Assembly (NCBI GenBank): GCA_965228855.1
Contig: CBDDIJ010000002.1
Span: 672,001 to 736,000, forward strand
Direction: 5' to 3'
Origin: Candidatus Obscuribacterales bacterium
GTDB taxonomy: Bacteria > Cyanobacteriota > Vampirovibrionia > Obscuribacterales > Obscuribacteraceae
Length of the DNA stretch: 64,000 nt
Shown here in pieces: positions 1 through 9,725 of the stretch (the first letter of the stretch is position 1; each line of letters begins with the position of its first letter). The position numbers and the translations under genes are program-made. The notes under the pieces are model-generated. The model was not told the DNA's origin, did not search any database, and was given only the letters and a program-made list of their open reading frames with translations.

Positions 1-51
1 GAGATTGCGACCGGAGAGGCTGTTTAAAGCCCCTCCAGCCGTTTTAAAAAC

Positions 52-1185
52 CTATTCGCTATTCCGCTTCTTGCGAGCGGTCTTCTCCTGCGTTTCGCGC
101 CGTTTCCAGCTGCGACCGAACGACTCGTTCGCGGTGCGGACCGGCGACGGAAGGATGGTGATCTTGCCGCCGCGGTGGGTCTCGTAGATGTGATCCGCGG
201 CGCTGTTTCCAGCCTTGAGGACCTTGTCGTACAGATTGCGCGCCGCCAGGAGGTATTTGTCGACGGGAACGCCGACCGCGCGAGGCAGCACCTCGGGAAT
301 GCACGACTCGATCACGAGCCGGTCTTCTTCGAGAATGCGCTCGCCGAGGTTCTTCAGCTTGGTGTCCGCGACATCGCTCTTGTCGAAGTTGCGGCAGCCG
401 TACATGCGGATGAGCACCTCGTTCTCGTCGAGCGGCGTGAACGTGAACAGCGTCACGTCCTTGTATTTGCCGATCGAGAAATCGTTGACCACCAGCGTCG
501 GCACGTGGTAACGGCAGAACACCTTCACGTCCGGGTTTTCGCCGAGTTCGGGGACCGGTGGGAAGAACCAGTTGTCCGGGTTGAGCTTGACGTAGACCGT
601 GCACGACACCTCGTGCTCGCCCTTCGTGACTTTGTAGTCGTCGCGGTAGGGATGCGCGCCGTTGCCGAAGGTGGCGGCGTGCAGGTACGAGAAGTGGGTG
701 AAGTCGACGAGGTTTTCCAGCATCGGACGAACCGAACCGCGCCAGACCAGGTCGTGATAGAGCCGGTGGAATTCGGGTTTGTCGAATTCGGGAACGTCGA
801 CAATCGGCGGTCGCTTGTCCTCCGGGGCATCGCCCAGGAAGATCCAGAGCAGACCGTACTTCTCGACGATCGGGTAGGAGTCGACCATCAAGGTCGGCGG
901 AATCTTGCCCGATTCGAGAATCGAAGGCACCTCGTGACACTTGCCGTCCGAACCGAAACCGAAGTTGTGGTAGGGGCACACGAGATTGCCGTTCTTCACG
1001 CAGCCGAGCGACAACGCCGCGCCCATGTGGGGGCAGACGTCATTGACCGCCGTGTACTTTCCAGCCGAGTCGATGAAGAGCGCCAGGTTTTGACCGAGCG
1101 CCTTCTTCTTCAACGGCTGGGTTTCCACAGTCAGCTCTTCGGCGCGAGCGATGCAGTACCAGGAGTTTTTGAGCCATTCTTTCAT
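52..1185 (-). CDS. Rieske non-heme iron oxygenase alpha subunit (VanA/PaO/CAO-like)
   Basis: Rieske motif CPH...CPYH, mononuclear Fe motif ENLVDFTHFSYLH and a C-terminal EED; start trimmed to MKEWLKNSWY, with GGAG upstream. Confidence 0.9.
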   Translation of the reverse strand: MKEWLKNSWYCIARAEELTVETQPLKKKALGQNLALFIDSAGKYTAVNDVCPHMGAALSLGCVKNGNLVCPYHNFGFGSDGKCHEVPSILESGKIPPTLMVDSYPIVEKYGLLWIFLGDAPEDKRPPIVDVPEFDKPEFHRLYHDLVWRGSVRPMLENLVDFTHFSYLHAATFGNGAHPYRDDYKVTKGEHEVSCTVYVKLNPDNWFFPPVPELGENPDVKVFCRYHVPTLVVNDFSIGKYKDVTLFTFTPLDENEVLIRMYGCRNFDKSDVADTKLKNLGERILEEDRLVIESCIPEVLPRAVGVPVDKYLLAARNLYDKVLKAGNSAADHIYETHRGGKITILPSPVRTANESFGRSWKRRETQEKTARKKRNSE

Positions 1186-1267
1186 GTGGTTGCTCCACGT
1201 TGGGCCGGTCAGCACCGCGGACGGTACCAACCGGCGAGAATAGTTTTCGTTGAACCGAAACCGCGTG

Positions 1268-2251
1268 CTACTCGAACAGCAGAATGGCAGCCATAAGCGC
1301 CACGCCGACGAGCGACACGAGGAAGTACTGGAAACCATTGCCTTCCTGCGACTCCTGGAGCACATGAGGCACCAGCACGCAAGCGGCGATGTAGAGAAGT
1401 GCACCGGCGGCAACAGCCGTGGCGAAGAAAACGAAGGAGCCGACCATCGAGCCGATCACGAACGCAACCACAATGCCGACCAGACTGAGCAAGCCGCTCA
1501 GGAAGTTGGTCAGCAGCGCCTTGCGCTTCGAGAAACCGGCGTGACGCATCACAGCGTAATCGCCCAGCTCGAGAGGAATCTCGTGAAGGAAGATGGTGAT
1601 GGTCGCCGCCACACCGGCAGGAACGCTGATGAGGAACGCAGTTCCGATGACGATGCCGTCGAGAATGTTCTCGATGCTATCACCAAAGGCTACGAGGTAA
1701 CCCTCCGTTCGCTCACCGTTAGCCTCGGTGCGTTTCCGCAGCAAAACATTCACGGCGTAGAAGCCGAGGAAGCCGAGCAGCATCAATGAGGCGGTGACCA
1801 GACCGATGTGCCCATGCCCGGTGTGCTCTTCGTGCGTGGGAGCCGGCGCCGGAACATTCGCGTCATGATCATGGTCATGTTCGACTGCGTCGTGGTCATG
1901 CTCATGCTCGACCGCGTCGTGGTCATGCTCATGCACGACCGCATCGTGATCATGCTCGTGCTCGCCCTTGACCGCATCGTGGTCGTGATGGGGATTGGCG
2001 GAAGCGGTTTCGTCGCCGTGCACATGAACATGCACCTGAACGCCACGCCCGGACATCCACTCCTGCTCGAGGGTGATAGCATGCGGCATAAGGTGCAGAA
2101 CGGCGTTGCCGAGCATCGCACCAGCAGCCAGCGCAAGCAAGATGTGAGACACCCGCTTGTGAAGGTCCTTGCCCTGGAAGAAAGTGAGCAAACCGACCAA
2201 AGAAACAGCGCTGACGAGAACACCCGCCAGCAGCGCATAAAGTAGGGTCAT
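1268..2251 (-). CDS. ZIP-family metal transporter with large His-rich loop
   Basis: Eight hydrophobic segments; LAAGAMLG, HLMPHA, DSIENILDG, HEIPLELGD, AGALLYIA; start MTLLYALL after AGGGG. Confidence 0.9.
   Translation of the reverse strand: MTLLYALLAGVLVSAVSLVGLLTFFQGKDLHKRVSHILLALAAGAMLGNAVLHLMPHAITLEQEWMSGRGVQVHVHVHGDETASANPHHDHDAVKGEHEHDHDAVVHEHDHDAVEHEHDHDAVEHDHDHDANVPAPAPTHEEHTGHGHIGLVTASLMLLGFLGFYAVNVLLRKRTEANGERTEGYLVAFGDSIENILDGIVIGTAFLISVPAGVAATITIFLHEIPLELGDYAVMRHAGFSKRKALLTNFLSGLLSLVGIVVAFVIGSMVGSFVFFATAVAAGALLYIAACVLVPHVLQESQEGNGFQYFLVSLVGVALMAAILLFE
1866..1992 (-). repeat. Coding tandem repeat encoding (H-E-H-D-H-D-A-V)n in the ZIP loop
   Basis: About four degenerate copies of gaccgcatcgtggtcatgctc-like units; boundaries approximate. 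Confidence 0.75.
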
Positions 2252-2605
2252 GATTTTTCCCCTGGTTAAAGTTCTAACCAGCCAACTCTCCGTATCCATG
2301 CCGGTTCCCACTGTGAAGCAGAAACGACCGGAACCCATGAGGCATTACCAGGCGCCACATGACGAACTTCTCCGCAGGTTGAGAAACCAGAAGAAGGACG
2401 CAAGAAGTTAGACTTAGTTGGATTGGGTGGAGAGAATTCCTTTTGGAACTCAAGAACGTATTTGGTGCTTTGAACGTAATGCGCGCAAAGTAAGATAAGC
2501 AAATAAGTTTGTTGTAAAGAGGCGCATCGTCAAGGTTTTGCGAACACCGACTGGCAGCGACCTGACACTAATTATGCCCAAAATATGACGTCTTACATTA
2601 GCGAA

Positions 2606-2632
2606 CGGAAATGAAAGTCGTTTTCATTTCCG
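2606..2632. promoter_or_regulatory. Inverted-repeat operator, Zur/Fur-like (TGAAAGT-C-GTTTTCA)
   Basis: CGGAAATGAAA-gtcgt-TTTCATTTCCG, a perfect 11-bp inverted repeat upstream of the ZIP gene. Confidence 0.6.
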
Positions 2633-2724
2633 CTTCGCACCGCTCGCGCGAGCATTTGTTTTAACAAGGTCTTGTCGCGAGGTTCGAAACAGTCCTCTGG
2701 TAGAATTCTGATTTTTCGCAGAGG

Positions 2725-3561
2725 GTGATTATGAGCGCAACGCTGTCAATCGATTACATTCAAGGCTGGCGGCGCTGGTCCGATCTGCACCATCCTGCAA
2801 ATTTCGAGATTACGATCGTCGAACAGTTTCTCGACCTAAAACGAAACGAGAACACTGATATCAAGCCGCTCGCAGCGATGAACATACTAGAAATTGGTTG
2901 CGGCGACGGACGCGTGATGCGCGAATTTGCGCCGGTCGCAAAGTCCGTAGTTGGCATCGACACAAACTCTCAAGTGATCGAGTTTCTACAATCCGAAATC
3001 GAACAAGCCTTTATGGCAATTATCAGTTCCAATCTGGACGCGGCAAACATCAACATCGCCGTCGAAAAAATGAGCGCCACCGACCTGCAGTTCGAAGACG
3101 AAAGCTTCGATCTCGTCCTCTTCCCCTGGTCGCTTCATCAGATTGAAGATAAACAGACCGCGCTCAAAGAGGCGAAGCGCGTTCTTGCTCCGAACGGACA
3201 CCTGGTCGTTTTCGGTCTCCTTCCTGGCGGAGAGTATGAAAACGCAGTCGCTGAACTCGGTTTAGATCCAGGGCCGCAAGTCGATCCCGTTGAAGCATAT
3301 GAAAAACCTTTGATGGATACTTTCGGCAAGATCGAAGATTCCCTGACCATCAGTGATAAAACGGGAGATTGCGAATTCGGTTTCCTATTTCCCGATGTCG
3401 AAACCGCGATATCCGATTGGAAGTGGGCGCTTCACAACTGGCATGAACAGTCCGTTCAACAGGAGCAGTTGAAGACCATGTCAGCGCGAATGGAGAGAAA
3501 CGTCCGCAAAGACGGCGTGTTCATGAACATCTCCGGTCGCGCGTATCTCTGCTCTAAGTAG
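2725..3561 (+). CDS. Class I SAM-dependent methyltransferase
   Basis: ILEIGCGDG motif I; FEDESFDLV and EAKRVLAPNG motifs. Confidence 0.88.
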   Translation: MIMSATLSIDYIQGWRRWSDLHHPANFEITIVEQFLDLKRNENTDIKPLAAMNILEIGCGDGRVMREFAPVAKSVVGIDTNSQVIEFLQSEIEQAFMAIISSNLDAANINIAVEKMSATDLQFEDESFDLVLFPWSLHQIEDKQTALKEAKRVLAPNGHLVVFGLLPGGEYENAVAELGLDPGPQVDPVEAYEKPLMDTFGKIEDSLTISDKTGDCEFGFLFPDVETAISDWKWALHNWHEQSVQQEQLKTMSARMERNVRKDGVFMNISGRAYLCSK

Positions 3562-3598
3562 CTAGTGTTTAAACCTGATGAAACCGGAACGAAATTGA

Positions 3599-4609
3599 AT
3601 GACCATACAAAAAATTGACGTCCACACGCATATTTTGCCAAAGAAACTTCCTGCTTGGAAAGAAAAGTTCGGCTACGGCGGCTTCATCACACTTGATCAT
3701 CACGCGCCTTGCAAAGCAAAAATGATGCGCGACGACGGAAAGTTTTTTCGCGAAATCGAACACAACTGCTGGGATTCCACACAGAGAGCCAAGGAATGCG
3801 ACGAGCAAAACGTTGGCATTCAAGTTCTCTCCACCGTTCCTGTCATGTTCAGCTACTGGACGAAACCGCAAGATGGGCTTGATATCGCGAAGTTTCTGAA
3901 CGACGACCTCGCGGAGAGCGTCGCTAAACACCCCGATCGTTTCATCGGCTTGGGAACATTGCCGCTGCAAGACCCTGATGCAGCGGTAAAAGAACTCGAG
4001 CGCTGCATGAAGGATTTAAACTTTCGTGGCATACAAATCGGCTCGCATGTCAACGATTGGAACTTGAATGAACCGGCTCTCTATGCGGTTTTCGAAGCGG
4101 CAGCGAAACTCGACGCGGCGATTTTTGTTCACCCATGGGAAATGATGGGCGAGGATAAAATGCAAAAATACTGGCTCCCCTGGCTGGTCGGAATGCCTGC
4201 GGAAACGACTCGCGCAATCGCATCGCTCATCTTTGGAGGAGTTTTGGAACGATTGCCGAATTTGCGATTCGCATTCGCCCATGGCGGAGGCTCATTTCCA
4301 GCTACGATCGGAAGACTTCAACACGGTTTTGAAGCACGCCCGGATCTGTGCGCAATAGACAACGAAAAGGGTCCGATGGAGTACCTCGGCAGGTTTTACG
4401 TCGATTCACTCACACACGACGCTGACATGCTGCGGCATATAATCAAGCTCTTCGGCGACGACAAAATAATGCTTGGAACCGATTATCCGTTTCCTCTAGG
4501 AGAGTTGGAACCGGGCAAGCTGATCGAATCGCTGGATAACGTTTCCAACGAATCGAAGCAAAAGATGCTTCGTCAGAACGCGCTTACCTGGCTCGGATTG
4601 GAACGCTAA
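3599..4609 (+). CDS. acmsd: 2-amino-3-carboxymuconate-6-semialdehyde decarboxylase (amidohydrolase_2)
   Basis: IDVHTHILP, FVHPWEM, WLPWLVGMPAET, AHGGGSFP and GTDYPFPLGE, all characteristic of ACMSD. Confidence 0.88.
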   Translation: MTIQKIDVHTHILPKKLPAWKEKFGYGGFITLDHHAPCKAKMMRDDGKFFREIEHNCWDSTQRAKECDEQNVGIQVLSTVPVMFSYWTKPQDGLDIAKFLNDDLAESVAKHPDRFIGLGTLPLQDPDAAVKELERCMKDLNFRGIQIGSHVNDWNLNEPALYAVFEAAAKLDAAIFVHPWEMMGEDKMQKYWLPWLVGMPAETTRAIASLIFGGVLERLPNLRFAFAHGGGSFPATIGRLQHGFEARPDLCAIDNEKGPMEYLGRFYVDSLTHDADMLRHIIKLFGDDKIMLGTDYPFPLGELEPGKLIESLDNVSNESKQKMLRQNALTWLGLER

Positions 4610-4647
4610 ACATATTTTGACGGAGAACTCACACCCTTAGTGAACGA

Positions 4648-5364
4648 TCACACGACCGCTCGCATCTTGACAGGCTGAGCGGCACACAAACCTAGCCGCG
4701 TGGCTTGAACAGCGGCTTCGGTACGAGTGGCCACATTTAGCTTCTCGAGGATGTGGCGAACGTGCGTTTTGATTGTGTCTCCGCTAACACCAAGCTCCGC
4801 TGCAATCTGTTTGTTTCTCCAACCAAGAACCAGAAATGTGAGAACCTGCTGCTCGCGAGGCGAAAGCAGATCAGATCTGTCAGCGTTTTTCAACTCCACG
4901 TCCTTCTTCGGTTGGGAAACCGCACCAGATTTAGTACCGCAGTGAAAACCTAGATTCAATTCTATCAACCGCCGCGCTATCAATGGATCCATCCAACTTG
5001 CACCAGCATGAACAGCACGGATTGCACAGGTTAGCATCTCGGCAGAACAACCCTTGAAGATATAGGCATGGGCACCGGCACCCATCACTCGCAACAATGA
5101 TGAATCATCAGAGTTTGCAGAAAACACAACCAGTTTGCTTTCAGGCAAGCGAACTTTGATGAGCTCAGCAAACTCCACTCCAGAATCACCGAGCAGTGGA
5201 AGATCGACGAGTATCAAACTTGGCTTGAGATCAAAAATCTCACCCAGAGCTGATTCAGGAGAATCTGCAAAACCACAGATGTTCAGATCCTCCTCATGTG
5301 ACAGTACCGTCACCAGACCAACCCTTGTGAGCTGGTGCGGATCCACTATAAATATTTCTACCAT
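4648..5364 (-). CDS. NarL/LuxR-family response regulator
   Basis: N-terminal REC domain (ILVDLPL) and C-terminal LuxR HTH (LSPREQQVL...NKQIAAEL...TIKTHVRHILEKL); start may lie at 5406. Confidence 0.9.
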   Translation of the reverse strand: MVEIFIVDPHQLTRVGLVTVLSHEEDLNICGFADSPESALGEIFDLKPSLILVDLPLLGDSGVEFAELIKVRLPESKLVVFSANSDDSSLLRVMGAGAHAYIFKGCSAEMLTCAIRAVHAGASWMDPLIARRLIELNLGFHCGTKSGAVSQPKKDVELKNADRSDLLSPREQQVLTFLVLGWRNKQIAAELGVSGDTIKTHVRHILEKLNVATRTEAAVQATRLGLCAAQPVKMRAVV

Positions 5365-5530
5365 TAACCCAACCCCGACTGTAAACGCGTAAACTCGGGT
5401 CGCCATCTACTAAATTACCGTATTCGCGACAGCGCTCGCTTCCCCACATCGAGGCATCTTTGCGCGTCATTCTTTCGAGTTACTCCAAACGGGCCGTATA
5501 AATCGCGAAGTTGAGCGTCACTCTTTAGTG

Positions 5531-8500
5531 TTACTCCTCCACTTCGTGAGCAAGTACGCCATGTTGATAGAGTAATCCTTCTTTCAAAGCCTTGACGGCG
5601 GCTTGGGTTCTGTCGGAAACAGCCAATTTCGCAAGCACATAACGCATGTGATTTTTCACGGTATCCACGGTGATGACAAGCTTCTCGGCAATCTGCTTGT
5701 TGCTCAGGCCCTGAACCACGAGATTGAGAATTTCGAATTCTCGTTTGGTGAGAGCAACCTTCGCTCCTTTAATGGAACTCTTAGACGTTTTGCTCTCCGC
5801 TTTTGCACAGACCGTCAGCGCTCTTTTGGCGATTAACGGATCCATCCAAACAACGCCTTCATGCACGGCTCGGATTGCCGCAGCAATTTGTTCGGCCGCT
5901 GTTTCTTTCAAACAGTACCCATCGGCACCCGCCGAAAATGCAGCAGTGACCTCAGTTTCATGGTCGCGACTGGTCAACATCAACACACGAACGTCTTTGT
6001 GTTCCGACTTGATTCTGCGGGTAGTCTCAATTCCGTCAATTCCCGGAAGACCAATATCCATCAGGATTACATCAGGGTTCAGATCGGGGAACTGGCGAAT
6101 CGCACTGTAGCCATCTTCAGCTTCGCCGACAATTATCACATCAGGAAACTCGCTGATAGTCACTTTTAATCCAAGTCTTGCGATGTCCTGATCGTCGACG
6201 ATAAGAACTTTGAGGGGCTGAATGCCCTCATCAGACCTGAGTACACGAGTTTGGTAGTCATTTTTATACTCGATTGACGGAGCGAAGTTGCGCACCTTCT
6301 CAAACTCGATCAACAAGTTCTGCAGCAATTCTTCCGCCTTATTCCAATCCAGATTTCTAACACTGGTTTCGATTTCACCGCATAGTCTTTGCATTTGAAC
6401 AGCGGAGATGCTACCGCAAACACCTTTTAAACCATGCGCCTGCGCAAGCACTTCGGTAGCATTGCGTTCTTCGAAACATTGACTGAGGGCCCGCAATTGT
6501 GCAGGACAGTCCATTAAGAACACCTGAAACAACATTGATGCATGCGCCTTATGACGGGCCACCAGGCCGCCTACGTCGACAGGAGATGGAGTACTCGGAA
6601 CTGCCATGCGTGCAGTAACCGGCACCGTCTGTGATGGCAGAGGGCTAACAGGCAGGTGCTGATCGAGCACTTTGCGTAGCTGGTCAGGATCAATCGGCTT
6701 GCTGATGTAGTCGTCCATTCCTGCATCCAAACACTTTTGCCGGTCTCCTTGCATCGCATGCGCAGTCATCGCGACAACCTTGAGGTGTTCGTCCGTGCCC
6801 TCTTCGCGCTTTCTCAGCTCCCTGGTGGCGCTCAGACCATCCAGTTCTGGCATCTGACAATCCATCAGAACCAAATCGAATTTACCAGTAGCTATCGCCT
6901 CGAGTGCCTCGACACCATTGGCGACCACATGAGACTGAAAGCCGAGTTCGTCCAGGTAGAGCTGTGCTACTTGTTGATTGACAGCGTGATCATCGCACAC
7001 GAGGATTCGAACATTCTCTACAATTCTGGTGCGAGAACGACCATCGATTGATAATCGAGAGAGAATCGCACTGCCACCACATACGATGCCCATAGTACTG
7101 TTCAACAACTGCGACTGAGTTACCGGCTGGGTCAGGTATGCCTTAAAACCCAGCTCCAGAGCCTGTGTCCCCAATCCAATCGTGTCCAGAGCAGTAAGCA
7201 TGACCAGATTCGTAGAAGAAATGGCCGGGTCTTGATGAATCTCGCGCGCGAGATCAAAACCGCTTCGATCAGGTAGATTCAGGCTAGTTATGACGATCTT
7301 TACTGGATCTCCATCGACGTATGCCTGACGCAAATATCTCAGCGCGTCGGAAGCGGTTACGGAGAAATCGGCACGCATTCCCCACGCCGACGCATACGCG
7401 CAGACCGTTTGATACGTGCTTGTATTCGGATCCACGACCAAGATCCGAACGTTCTTCAACTCTTCTTTTGGATTGATTACAGATGTTTCCGATCGAATTT
7501 GAAAAGGCACGGTTATCCAGAACGTAGACCCTTTGCCCTTTTCGCTGGTCAAGCCGATTGTTCCGTTCATCAGATCAACCAGCCTCTTCGATATGCTTAA
7601 ACCAAGCCCAGTACCGCCAAACCTGCGGCTAATTGACCCGTCGGCCTGCACGAATGGTTGAAATAACTGTTCCTGCTCTTCTTTAGACAAACCAATTCCA
7701 GAGTCGGTCACCGCCACCCGAATAACTGCAATGCCGTTACTGGACGACTCCAGGGTGGCGCGAATTAGCACCTCTCCTTTATCGGAGAACTTAATTGCGT
7801 TACTCGTCAAGTTTAAAATAACCTGACGCAAACGCTCCGGATCTCCACTCAGGCACTCGGGTATTGCCGGATCCACGAAAACATTGAGTGACAGCATTTT
7901 CGAGCGCGCTTGCATGACAAGTAACTCGATGGCGCTCTCAATCACACGAGCCGGCTCGAAGTCGACGTTTTCGATATGTAGCTTACCCGCTTCCATTTTG
8001 CTGAAATCGAGAATGTCGTTGATTACGGTAAGCAGCGCATGCCCTGCATCTTTGATGGCAGTCGAGTATCCGAGCTGTTCGTGCCCGAGATCAGTTTTCA
8101 AAAGAGCATTCGACATCCCGATAATCGCGTTCATAGGCGTCCGGATTTCGTGACTCATATTGGCTACGAATTCAGATTTCAGCCTGGAAGCCATTTGCGC
8201 TTGGTCTCTGGCAGCAACCAGCTCCTGGTTGATCAAAACCAATTCAGCTGTCCTCTCCGCCACTCTATGCTCCAGATCTTCATTCGCGCGAAGAAGCGCT
8301 TCCTCAGCCAATTTGCGTTGGGTGATATCGACGACGGATGCGAGCACGAAGCTCTCGCCGTTCGTCTCCAGCGGATTCAGCCCAATCTCAACCGGAATTT
8401 GAGTTCCATCTTTCTTCAGCCCAAATAGGTCCCTGCCCATGCCCATTGCGCGCACAGACGGCGAAGAGAAAAACTGCTTTCGATACTCGGGATGATTAGC

Positions 8501-8713
8501 GCGCGCGGATATTGGAACCAAAATCTCGATCGACTGACCTAGCAGTTCCTCGCGACTGTAGCCGAATAATAGTTCTACTTGCGAGTTAACCAGAACAATT
8601 GAGCCGTTCCGATCGACCATGATCATCCCGCTCGGAGCAGCCTCAATTACCAGGCGAAGACGTTCCTCGCCCAAAGAAATTTGTTCGGTATCTTTATCCG
8701 GTTTTTCGATCAT
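5531..8713 (-). CDS. Hybrid sensor kinase PAS-HisKA-HATPase-REC-REC-HPt-REC-LuxR HTH
   Basis: PAS domain; MSHEIRTPMN H-box; NAIKF, DSGIG, GGTGLGL; LMDCQMP; HPt AHGLKG; ILMDIGLP; LuxR HTH; start uncertain (ORF open to 8812). Confidence 0.92.
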   Translation of the reverse strand: MIEKPDKDTEQISLGEERLRLVIEAAPSGMIMVDRNGSIVLVNSQVELLFGYSREELLGQSIEILVPISARANHPEYRKQFFSSPSVRAMGMGRDLFGLKKDGTQIPVEIGLNPLETNGESFVLASVVDITQRKLAEEALLRANEDLEHRVAERTAELVLINQELVAARDQAQMASRLKSEFVANMSHEIRTPMNAIIGMSNALLKTDLGHEQLGYSTAIKDAGHALLTVINDILDFSKMEAGKLHIENVDFEPARVIESAIELLVMQARSKMLSLNVFVDPAIPECLSGDPERLRQVILNLTSNAIKFSDKGEVLIRATLESSSNGIAVIRVAVTDSGIGLSKEEQEQLFQPFVQADGSISRRFGGTGLGLSISKRLVDLMNGTIGLTSEKGKGSTFWITVPFQIRSETSVINPKEELKNVRILVVDPNTSTYQTVCAYASAWGMRADFSVTASDALRYLRQAYVDGDPVKIVITSLNLPDRSGFDLAREIHQDPAISSTNLVMLTALDTIGLGTQALELGFKAYLTQPVTQSQLLNSTMGIVCGGSAILSRLSIDGRSRTRIVENVRILVCDDHAVNQQVAQLYLDELGFQSHVVANGVEALEAIATGKFDLVLMDCQMPELDGLSATRELRKREEGTDEHLKVVAMTAHAMQGDRQKCLDAGMDDYISKPIDPDQLRKVLDQHLPVSPLPSQTVPVTARMAVPSTPSPVDVGGLVARHKAHASMLFQVFLMDCPAQLRALSQCFEERNATEVLAQAHGLKGVCGSISAVQMQRLCGEIETSVRNLDWNKAEELLQNLLIEFEKVRNFAPSIEYKNDYQTRVLRSDEGIQPLKVLIVDDQDIARLGLKVTISEFPDVIIVGEAEDGYSAIRQFPDLNPDVILMDIGLPGIDGIETTRRIKSEHKDVRVLMLTSRDHETEVTAAFSAGADGYCLKETAAEQIAAAIRAVHEGVVWMDPLIAKRALTVCAKAESKTSKSSIKGAKVALTKREFEILNLVVQGLSNKQIAEKLVITVDTVKNHMRYVLAKLAVSDRTQAAVKALKEGLLYQHGVLAHEVEE

Positions 8714-8813
8714 GACGCGTAAACAAACTGAACCAATAGCTAAAGTATCAGACCGGACACTAAAACTCATCAAACCTGAGTGTGATATCTCCAAAGTAAG
8801 TGACCAAAACACC

Positions 8814-9176
8814 CTACGATAGAATATCGTGGATAAAGATGGGACAAAAAACTAGCTGCCGCTGGATTTACAGACCTTCTCTACAAACCGCGCTTGCGTC
8901 TTGGCTATCACAGAGCGACGGATTTCGCGAAAAGCGGCAATCCAGGAGCGACAAATCGCACGCGAACCATCCACCGACGTCGACCGCAAGGGCTGTATCA
9001 GTTCGCCTGTGTAGCCTTTGGGACTCTACAAGATACTTGGTTCTATAGTAGTGGGTTTGGCGCAATCCAGGAGCGACAAAGTGCACGCGAACCATCCACC
9101 GACGTCGACCGCAAGGGCTGTATCAGTTCGCCTGTAAGGCATTCCGGCTTTAGCGAGATACTGTCGTTTTTAGTAG
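8814..9176. repeat. Dispersed 54-bp-core element, locus A (core 8901-8954; right module duplicated)
   Basis: CTACGATA at 8814; core TTGGCTA..GCGACAA; direct repeat 8937-9010 / 9062-9135; arms end TAGTAG at 9051 and 9176. Confidence 0.85.
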
Positions 9177-9235
9177 ACCAAATCGGAGGACGAACGGAAA
9201 GAGGGTGGCACTTCCCGTTCGTTTTGTTGGCGGTT

Positions 9236-9550
9236 TTAGTCCTTCTTCTTTTTCTTCTTCTGATTCTTGGCGAGCAGGCGCTCGATCGGCTCACCGCGCT
9301 CGGCGACGTTGCGCACGAGTTCCGCAGCGTCCTCGGGAGTGACACCGCCGTACTGAACGCCGCCGGGAGTGACGATCACGCTCGGTCCGGTGCTGCACAG
9401 CCCCATGCACTTCTCGCCTTCGAGCTTGATCTCGCCTTTGAGGTCCTGCGCTTTCAGCTCGCGCTTAATCGCCTTGTAGACCTCCTCGCCGCCACGCTTG
9501 CAACAGTGCTTGCCGCGTTCGCAGACATGAATCTTGGGTTTCTTTGCCAT
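9236..9550 (-). CDS. Thioredoxin-like [2Fe-2S] ferredoxin
   Basis: IHVCERGKHCC...KCMGLCSTGPSVIVTPGGVQYGGVT; start MAKKPK. Confidence 0.88.
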   Translation of the reverse strand: MAKKPKIHVCERGKHCCKRGGEEVYKAIKRELKAQDLKGEIKLEGEKCMGLCSTGPSVIVTPGGVQYGGVTPEDAAELVRNVAERGEPIERLLAKNQKKKKKKD

Positions 9551-9725
9551 CGGGCTATCCCCTTCAGGTTCGTTGCTCAATTTAATCCTCTTCCAAAAAA
9601 ACATATAGCTCAGGTCGAAAGACCTGACCGGAAAGGAGTGTGACGCAATGATTTGCGCCAACGGTGGGATGAAACCGTCGAGAAGAGAGCGCGAGCAATG
9701 CCCGCGCTCCCTTCAATGACGACTG

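Noticed and set aside
175..1296. Long antisense or alternate-frame ORFs (e.g. 175..1296, 36111..37157, 38348..39571, 58609..59787)
   Set aside because: Shadows of GC-rich genes that have clear motifs on the opposite strand
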